This document shows positions 50,304 through 56,265 of a stretch of 56,265 nt of DNA, one piece after another. Within the stretch, counting starts at the first letter, position 1. Each line of letters starts with the position of its first letter. The translations under genes and the position numbers were made by a program. The notes below the pieces were generated by a model. The model had not been told where the DNA came from and did no database searches. It saw only the letters and a program-made list of their open reading frames with translations. Origin of the DNA: a bacterium (GTDB lineage: Bacteria; Patescibacteriota; Microgenomatia; Curtissbacterales; GWA2-41-24); contig JAKALT010000006.1 in assembly GCA_021813125.1 (NCBI GenBank), positions 1 through 56,265 of the forward strand, in the 5' to 3' direction.

Positions 50304-53300
50304 CTAATTGCAGTTGCTTCCGCCGTTTTTGAAGACTGCAAATTCAAGCTGTGCAGTACCTGCGCTAACAGTCCCCGATGGAGGCCCGACTTTCCAGAAT
50401 TGGTTTACGGGATCAACAGGATTCGAAGTCCTGTCGTAAAACATTCCATCCGTAAAATTCGGGTCATTTGTTAAACCCATCAGGTATCCGTAATGTGAAT
50501 CATAGGAAATTCCGTTCTTTTCCGGTGCCCCTTTCTTTGCCCCGGCTTTGAAATAAGCAAATACGGCTTGAGCGTCAGTCGTTCCAATGTTATGATCCAT
50601 CCTTGGCCTCCCCGGATCACCTACGGGCAGTTTCCAGTTAGTAGAATTTATTGCCGGCACCGGCACATCCCAAAAATCCCACTTGTTTTCCGGATCCCGT
50701 TGCCCACCTTTTTTCCAATCCGAGCCCAATTCTTTTACGTCTGGACATAAGTCCGAATCTGTGTCGGTTAAATAGGAAAACGGATCATTCGGGAAAAAGC
50801 TTGGCCCCCCATTGTCTGTGCTGGACCTGACAACTATCGGTGGACTAAAAAGATACGTATTTCCATTTGACTGGTCACATGTAAAGGCGCAAACAAAGAA
50901 CTTATAATCCGTGTTTGGCGTAAGTCCTACAAACCGCAAACTGTAAGCAGTGCCGTTAGCATCATAAAGATCCTGTGCCTGGCATGTAGCCCCAGCTGCG
51001 GCTGCTGCAATACAATCGCTGTATCCTGCCGTATATATTACAGCACGGTAATTCCAGCTCCACCCATTGCTGTAGCTTCCGTCCGAAAATGCAAGCGCTG
51101 ATTTTGTGCCCGATAAATTGTAACCATTCTCATCACCAAGCCTAATGGAATATAAAATTGGCTCATATCCAACAAAAGAAAACATTGGGATCGTACATTT
51201 CGTATCATTGTTAGAAGAGCAGCTTTTGAAATAATTCTCAGATTGTCCCAAATCGTTATAAATTCTGACCGTATGGTTTGTATTGGAAAAATCCGTCGTA
51301 TAAAGAAATCCCGAAAAATTAACTCCTGTCGGCAAACCTCTAAACATAAAAGACGTATCGTCTTGGACCGTGTCAAAGCTTCTGACACAACCAACCTTCA
51401 ATCCAGGTATCTGCATCCTCAGGCATGGGTCATTAGCGGTACCTTTTTCAAAAATAATTCCCTTATAAGTTACCTTTGGCCAAGAAATTGGCGTTGTACA
51501 GGTATTTGGCCCGTTACAGTTTGTTGAAGCGTCTGTTTCCCCCTTCCACAAATAGGCATGGATTTTCGTAGGATCGGTAGTACCATCCTCAAGAGTAATG
51601 ATCGAGACACGGTAAGTGTATTTATATCCAAGTGAGGATGACCCTACATTCAGGGTAAGTGATGTATCCGTTGTATCAATCGGCGGGCATAACCCATCCG
51701 GCGAAATATTTGTACAATCCCCGCTCCATTGGTTCCATTCGCCCGTACAATATGGCCCGCTGCATTTAACGTCAACCAAGTAATGCATTTTGGGCCAAGT
51801 CATGTCCTTTTTCTGCCCAACCGCTGCCAGATAGCCGTTCGCGCGGCTCCAACTTACATCAAGAGTCGCACCGCCAGATGACTTCGGCCCAAATTCAACT
51901 CCTAAAGTTGCCGAATTAAAAGTATGGCTTATGCCTTTGAAGGTAATTCCGTTATAAGGATCGGTAATAGTTTGTCCGTCCCTCAAATAACCATCGGCAA
52001 CGTCATCAATAAGAGCCGATTTTGAACCTGGTGTTGTATCCAAAAGATATGTCAATCTGTAAGGCGCAACTGTCCCAGATGCAAGCTCTATAACAGGTCC
52101 TTCTGGGTTAAGCGTAGTATTTGCTCTTCGATAGTAAACATAATATACCGGACCTCCCAAGAATGTATTGACTTTTAAAACCTTTGTGGGAAAACTTGGC
52201 CCCGGACTACTTGGCCATTCTTCATACTGCTCGAGTGTAAATGTCCCGTTTGTTGAAACATTGGCAATTTGTGTCCCTTGAAGCCAACCTAGAGATTCCT
52301 TGGCGTAAGCTCCATAATCTCCATTATCTTCATTTTGAGTTCCCATGATGTCATGCTTGTTCCCATATTTAATCTCCATGCAGCCTTTAAAAACAAAGGC
52401 TGTACCACACTCGTAACCCTGGCTATGTGCTAAGTTCAAAAGATGCCCATATTCGTGCGAAAAAGGTTCTAAACCCACAGAGTAAGCCCAACGGAGCCCA
52501 ATAAATGCCATACCGGGAGGGTTACAGGAAATCGACGGATCGAAAATTACCATTTTATCAACCGAAGCGGGGTCAGGATTTCCTGGCCACATAAATTGAT
52601 ATAAAATTTCACGCACTAAAGGAGAATCGTAAGTGTAAATACCGTAAGGATCGCCGGAATCAACAGAAAAATTACAAGTCTGATCTATATTGAGGTCCAA
52701 AGAATATACGTTACCTGTTATAGTAAATAAATTGTTGGATGATTTTTTTAAAAAACTATTGTAGCTTGAAAAAGCATAATTTTTTATTTGAGATTCTGTC
52801 AAACTCCTCGTTCTGTTATTTTTAAAGGAAATATAAAGCACCGCCACCTCTCTTGAGCCGGTCATTTGCGAAGTCACTGCTGAAGAAAGCAGAGTAGTAT
52901 TTTGGGAAACCGGATACCAAAGTAGATTATCCAACTGATAACCTGAAACGGTAACCTCACGACCAACCAAGCTGTTGTCAATCTTACCGTTTGCTGCATC
53001 CGGAACTAAAGTTAAACTCGAACTTTTCAGATCCAATTTTGAAAACAATAAATCTTTCTCTTCGTCTTTATCTTTAAAATCCGAAACCTGCCTGACAAAA
53101 TAGCCTTTCTGCTCGCCCTTTTTCTCTAATTGATCCTGAATTTCGGCAGGATATTTAGAGGCATCGTCAACAATAACGCTCCCGACTTTTGAGGGGTCTT
53201 CTTTAATCAATTTTTTTAAGGCATCTTTCCTTTTCTGGGAAACCTTTTTTAGATCATCCAACCTCAAACCTTTTGTCAAAAAGCTCGCATTTTTAAAGTC

Positions 53301-53486
53301 ATCCGAGGTTTTATTAAGCTGATCATTGAGTGTTTTAACCTGATCCAGGGAAGTCGGAACTGCTGTGTCACTTGCGGCAGAAGATGCGGATAGTAGACCA
53401 GTTAAGTTAAAGGAGCTAAATAGTATTATCAGGGTAAATATTATGGGCAAAACTTTGGAAAGAATCCGCTTTGCCCACTTTTTCAT
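50304..53486 (-). CDS. 1060-aa secreted metzincin-like zinc metalloprotease with the shared C-terminal module
   Basis: Signal peptide. HEYGHLLNLAH (52425-52457) has HExxHxxxxxH spacing. The C-terminal 153 aa (50304-50765) are homologous to the tails of the 48484 and 54431 genes. Confidence 0.65.
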   Translation of the reverse strand: MKKWAKRILSKVLPIIFTLIILFSSFNLTGLLSASSAASDTAVPTSLDQVKTLNDQLNKTSDDFKNASFLTKGLRLDDLKKVSQKRKDALKKLIKEDPSKVGSVIVDDASKYPAEIQDQLEKKGEQKGYFVRQVSDFKDKDEEKDLLFSKLDLKSSSLTLVPDAANGKIDNSLVGREVTVSGYQLDNLLWYPVSQNTTLLSSAVTSQMTGSREVAVLYISFKNNRTRSLTESQIKNYAFSSYNSFLKKSSNNLFTITGNVYSLDLNIDQTCNFSVDSGDPYGIYTYDSPLVREILYQFMWPGNPDPASVDKMVIFDPSISCNPPGMAFIGLRWAYSVGLEPFSHEYGHLLNLAHSQGYECGTAFVFKGCMEIKYGNKHDIMGTQNEDNGDYGAYAKESLGWLQGTQIANVSTNGTFTLEQYEEWPSSPGPSFPTKVLKVNTFLGGPVYYVYYRRANTTLNPEGPVIELASGTVAPYRLTYLLDTTPGSKSALIDDVADGYLRDGQTITDPYNGITFKGISHTFNSATLGVEFGPKSSGGATLDVSWSRANGYLAAVGQKKDMTWPKMHYLVDVKCSGPYCTGEWNQWSGDCTNISPDGLCPPIDTTDTSLTLNVGSSSLGYKYTYRVSIITLEDGTTDPTKIHAYLWKGETDASTNCNGPNTCTTPISWPKVTYKGIIFEKGTANDPCLRMQIPGLKVGCVRSFDTVQDDTSFMFRGLPTGVNFSGFLYTTDFSNTNHTVRIYNDLGQSENYFKSCSSNNDTKCTIPMFSFVGYEPILYSIRLGDENGYNLSGTKSALAFSDGSYSNGWSWNYRAVIYTAGYSDCIAAAAAGATCQAQDLYDANGTAYSLRFVGLTPNTDYKFFVCAFTCDQSNGNTYLFSPPIVVRSSTDNGGPSFFPNDPFSYLTDTDSDLCPDVKELGSDWKKGGQRDPENKWDFWDVPVPAINSTNWKLPVGDPGRPRMDHNIGTTDAQAVFAYFKAGAKKGAPEKNGISYDSHYGYLMGLTNDPNFTDGMFYDRTSNPVDPVNQFWKVGPPSGTVSAGTAQLEFAVFKNGGSNCN

Positions 53487-54370
53487 TTCAGATCACAGAA
53501 AGCAACCGTACCGGCGCTTTCTCCATTTTTAATACTAATTGGAAAATTGGATAGTAAAGACAAAGGTGGCGGACTTTCCTTTGTGTTGGAAGTAACCCGT
53601 AAAACCTGTGCGGCAGCTTGGCCGGAATAAGGGTCAACACTCAGTCTCCAAATATCAAAAGTAATTAATACTTGCCGGTCGGCAAGCTGAACGCTTTGGC
53701 CGTTAAATTCAGAGGTGGCAGAGCCATCTGTTGCCATAACCCAGGCCAAAACCTTTTGGGAATCTTCAGGTTTTATCCTTTGGAATGGGTAATAGGCGGA
53801 GTTATTCGGGTCGTCCGGAAAAAGGCTGTCAAACATGTCTTTTCCTATCGTTTCAGGATCTCTTAGCTCCGTTTTTTCACCGGTTTGCAAATCTACCTTA
53901 ATCACAAAACGGCCGGAGCCTCCATGGGTGTCGGGGTAAGTATCCAGATACTTTGCTCGGTTACCGCCAGGAAACTGAATAATCTCGGAAACCTCGGTAA
54001 ATCTGTATCTTCCACCGGATGCTTCGTTCGCAACCTCAGTCCAATTTTTGCCGTCTATTTGCCTCAGCGTATTGAATTTTTCAAAGGTAATATCACAGGC
54101 AAGAGGAAGTTCAACCGGAGTTACTGTCGGTTCAGGTACTGCAGTCATTTCAGTCGTCATGGTTCCAACATCCGGTGGTGATTGTGTCGGTGTTTTGGGA
54201 CCATTATCGCGCCCGTCACCACATGCAATTGAAGATAATGTTGCAACAGCTGCCGCTCCAAAAGTAGCAATTATTCCGGGTCTTACTTTGTGGGATTTTC
54301 CTTTAGTGGTAGCTTGCCTAGTTGAAGGTTCTTCCGGTGAATAAGACTGTGCTGCCTCCAGTCTTGCCAT
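53483..54370 (-). CDS. possible lipoprotein, co-transcribed with the metalloprotease (4-bp overlap)
   Basis: Hydrophobic stretch ending LSSIAC followed by GDGRD. No other motif. Confidence 0.5.
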   Translation of the reverse strand: MARLEAAQSYSPEEPSTRQATTKGKSHKVRPGIIATFGAAAVATLSSIACGDGRDNGPKTPTQSPPDVGTMTTEMTAVPEPTVTPVELPLACDITFEKFNTLRQIDGKNWTEVANEASGGRYRFTEVSEIIQFPGGNRAKYLDTYPDTHGGSGRFVIKVDLQTGEKTELRDPETIGKDMFDSLFPDDPNNSAYYPFQRIKPEDSQKVLAWVMATDGSATSEFNGQSVQLADRQVLITFDIWRLSVDPYSGQAAAQVLRVTSNTKESPPPLSLLSNFPISIKNGESAGTVAFCDLK

Positions 54371-54382
54371 TTATGGATTGAT

Positions 54383-54410
54383 ATTATACTCCTGTCCTGC
54401 AAGGTGTCAA
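54383..54410 (-). promoter_or_regulatory. consensus promoter TTGACA-N16-TATAAT
   Basis: On the minus strand, TTGACA (54410-54405) and TATAAT (54388-54383). The ATG at 54370 lies 12 nt downstream. Confidence 0.55.
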
Positions 54411-54430
54411 AAAAATAACCTTAAATTAGG

Positions 54431-55615
54431 CTAAGGAAGTTGATTGCAATTTCCGCCGCCGGACTTAAAAACACCGAATGCAAGCTGTGCATCACCGGCA
54501 CTTATTGCGCCATCTGGCGGGCCCGATAACCATGGCTTTGTAGCATGGTCAGGAGGAATAGATCGGTCGTATTCCAAACCGTCTTTAATCCCGTTATTGT
54601 TTAAATCCTGTTCATATTCCGGACTTCCGGCTTTGGCTCCCACCTTGAAGTATGCAAATACAGATTGGGAATCGCCAGCCCCGACGGCACTATCTTTTAT
54701 AGCCTTGGTAGGATCTGGAGCCGCAATCAATGCCGGCACGGGCACACTGTAAAAATCCCATTTATTTTTATAGTCCCTTTGTCCCCCCAATTTATAATCC
54801 GGCCCAATCTCCTTAACATCGGCACAGGCATCGCCATCCGTATCAACTCTCCTGAACACATCGGCAATTACACCATGTCCGGTTTCACTCGGATGTAAAC
54901 CATCAACCTGGATGTAATTTTTAGCCACCGGATTTTCCGTTCCACTTGCCCCATTAAAAGCCTTATGGACATCTGCAAGTCCAAACCCCAAAGCACTACT
55001 TTTCGTAGCAATATAACTGTTCATAAGCTGCAGATAACGGTCGCGTTCGGGATAGCCTGTATCGACCGAAATATACGGGTTATATAAATTCATCACAGCA
55101 ATATATAAATTACTTTTTGTATTAACAGCTTTTATTTCTGCAATAATCGAGTCGAAATTGGATTTAAAAGTTGCAAGCATGGGATCAAAACAGGCAGAGC
55201 TTGAACAGCCGTTCCATCTTGCGGTAAACCAGTCAACCGTGCCAGTATCAACCGTGATAAAATCAGCTGCCGAAACAGCACTTCTGAAAGTTGCATCTGT
55301 TTTTAGTTTGTTAAGAAGTTCGGTACTCGAAAGGCTCGGCACACCCAGATTGTTAAGATCTGTCGATACGCCCTCATCATTTGCAAGGTTTCCGTTGTAG
55401 AGTAAAACCCAAACCTTATTTTGATCTGTCAGACCAAATCCGGAACTTATTGAATCTCCAAGAGCGGTATAAGTAACTGTTCCCGCCGCGTGTACTTTAT
55501 AATTTTTTGAATTTAAAACCCACAGAATGACAAAACAGCCGAGAACCACCAGAATGGTAATGTAAAAAATATCAAGCAAGGCTAAATTCCTGTTTTTGAG
55601 TATTCTTCTTCCCAT
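54431..55615 (-). CDS. anchored SGNH/GDSL hydrolase with the shared leader and shared C-terminal module
   Basis: Leader GRRILKNRNLALLDIFYITILVVLGCFVILWVLNSKNYKVH. Block I ALGDSISSG and block V DGLHPSETGH. C-terminal 137 aa at 54431-54844. Confidence 0.75.
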   Translation of the reverse strand: MGRRILKNRNLALLDIFYITILVVLGCFVILWVLNSKNYKVHAAGTVTYTALGDSISSGFGLTDQNKVWVLLYNGNLANDEGVSTDLNNLGVPSLSSTELLNKLKTDATFRSAVSAADFITVDTGTVDWFTARWNGCSSSACFDPMLATFKSNFDSIIAEIKAVNTKSNLYIAVMNLYNPYISVDTGYPERDRYLQLMNSYIATKSSALGFGLADVHKAFNGASGTENPVAKNYIQVDGLHPSETGHGVIADVFRRVDTDGDACADVKEIGPDYKLGGQRDYKNKWDFYSVPVPALIAAPDPTKAIKDSAVGAGDSQSVFAYFKVGAKAGSPEYEQDLNNNGIKDGLEYDRSIPPDHATKPWLSGPPDGAISAGDAQLAFGVFKSGGGNCNQLP

Positions 55616-55625
55616 CGACAACTTA

Positions 55626-55655
55626 AGTATCGATCTCCGAATCCGGCTATGTCAA
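55626..55655 (-). promoter_or_regulatory. promoter candidate TTGACA-N18-GATACT (second copy)
   Basis: On the minus strand, TTGACA (55655-55650) and GATACT (55631-55626). Confidence 0.5.
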
Positions 55656-55761
55656 GAAAATCAAACTATCGGGTAAAATCTTAGCAGTTAAAAATCTTGA
55701 CTGATAATAAATTAATTACATGTAAATCACATTGCCACTTGAGTCCAAATCAACCTCATTC
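55656..55761. repeat. ~106-bp intergenic repeat, copy Y
   Basis: See copy X. The first ~35 bp also recur at 50153-50190. Confidence 0.9.
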
Positions 55762-55959
55762 GCAACTATCGCCGACAATATATTTGGAATTAATCAAATC
55801 CCTATCCGCCAGACTCAAAATCAAATCTGACCACGTCTTGGCAACACATCGCCTAGGGTTCCAATCCCGCCTTGGCGGATTTTTATCACAGTTATCATTG
55901 CAAATGTAAACATCATATTCTCCAAGCTCATTGATATTGTCCTTGGCATCTAATATCAA
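55756..55959 (-). CDS. hypothetical small Cys-containing protein
   Basis: 67-aa ORF, no motif recognised. Confidence 0.3.
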   Translation of the reverse strand: MILDAKDNINELGEYDVYICNDNCDKNPPRRDWNPRRCVAKTWSDLILSLADRDLINSKYIVGDSCE

Positions 55960-56031
55960 CTCGCCAAGGTAAGTTGCAAGGGTCTAGACAAGATTAAACA
56001 CATTTGAGTGTTAGAATATCTTGTTTAGACA

Positions 56032-56265
56032 ATGAAAAACATATACTTAAAACATGCACATATTTCTCAAAGGAAATTTAAGCAAGTTCTAGTCTGTTTC
56101 ACCAATGATTATACAGCAAAGGCAACTTCTCAAATCGTAGGTATTTCAAGAAATACAGTTAACGGTCTGTATTCCTTCTTCAGGTTACGTATTTTGGAGT
56201 TAAGCAAAACCAGCCAGGATCTTGATGGCGAAGTCGAGGTTGATGAATCATACTTCGGAGCAAGA
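56032..56265 (+). mobile_element. IS1595-family (ISXO2-like) transposase, N-terminal part (3' end outside window)
   Basis: MKNIYLKHAHISQRKFKQVLVCFTNDYTAKATSQIVGISRNTVNGLYSFF...GEVEVDESYFGAR. The HTH region followed by EVDESYFG is typical of IS1595 transposases. The imperfect inverted repeat TCTAGACAAGAT/ATCTTGTTTAGA lies just upstream (55983-56029). Confidence 0.7.

Noticed and set aside
48484-54844. Diversity-generating retroelement (template/variable repeat pair) as the explanation for the three similar C-terminal modules
   Set aside because: There is no reverse transcriptase in the window. The DNA copies have diverged at all base types and at synonymous sites rather than showing adenine-specific differences. 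They look like ordinary paralogs.
1-56265. Alternative genetic code (UGA or UAG reassignment), as seen in some CPR lineages
   Set aside because: Long uninterrupted ORFs with correct motif order (argS, ndk, S8, M16, the 1544-aa GT) are obtained with the standard code, and they end at all three stop codons.

Overview
The window is 56.3 kb of gene-dense bacterial DNA read with the standard genetic code. About 85% of genes lie on the minus strand. The content looks like a CPR/Patescibacteria-type genome, but that is inference only. It includes type IV pilin-like genes with long leaders, 23S-IVS-type four-helix-bundle genes, many secreted or anchored proteins, and few metabolic genes. Housekeeping anchors are argS, ndk, tRNA-Pro(CGG), tRNA-Arg(CCU) and an M16 peptidase. 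Accessory content falls into six groups. (1) Coordinates 2.4-10 kb hold three pilin paralogs, a sortase and a dockerin-bearing Ig-like protein. (2) There are three toxin-antitoxin pairs: Phd/Doc, Fic with an untracked 59-aa antitoxin-like ORF, and HicAB. (3) Coordinates 16.4-27.9 kb form a glycosylation island with two GT-C membrane enzymes, four GT2 domains in three genes, and a 1544-aa GT2+processive-GT2+flippase-like+GT4 fusion. (4) Coordinates 28.2-31 kb hold a large/small pair of 'SNTG...TGDA' repeat proteins. (5) Coordinates 46-56 kb form a cassette-like cluster of secreted hydrolases (DUF4185-like, metzincin-like, SGNH). These share a repeated promoter/leader and a previously unrecognised Cys-bracketed, dockerin-derived C-terminal module. 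I rate this cluster the most interesting candidate system. (6) IS30 and IS1595 transposase fragments sit at the window edges. Non-coding DNA is dominated by two repeat systems. One is a ~50-bp palindromic hairpin with an AGGCCT core (at least 14 copies, both orientations). The other is degenerate 7-nt-period 'word' arrays that abut gene ends, form inverted pairs around the four-helix-bundle genes, and even run into coding sequence. All calls rest on motif reading by eye; no database search was run.
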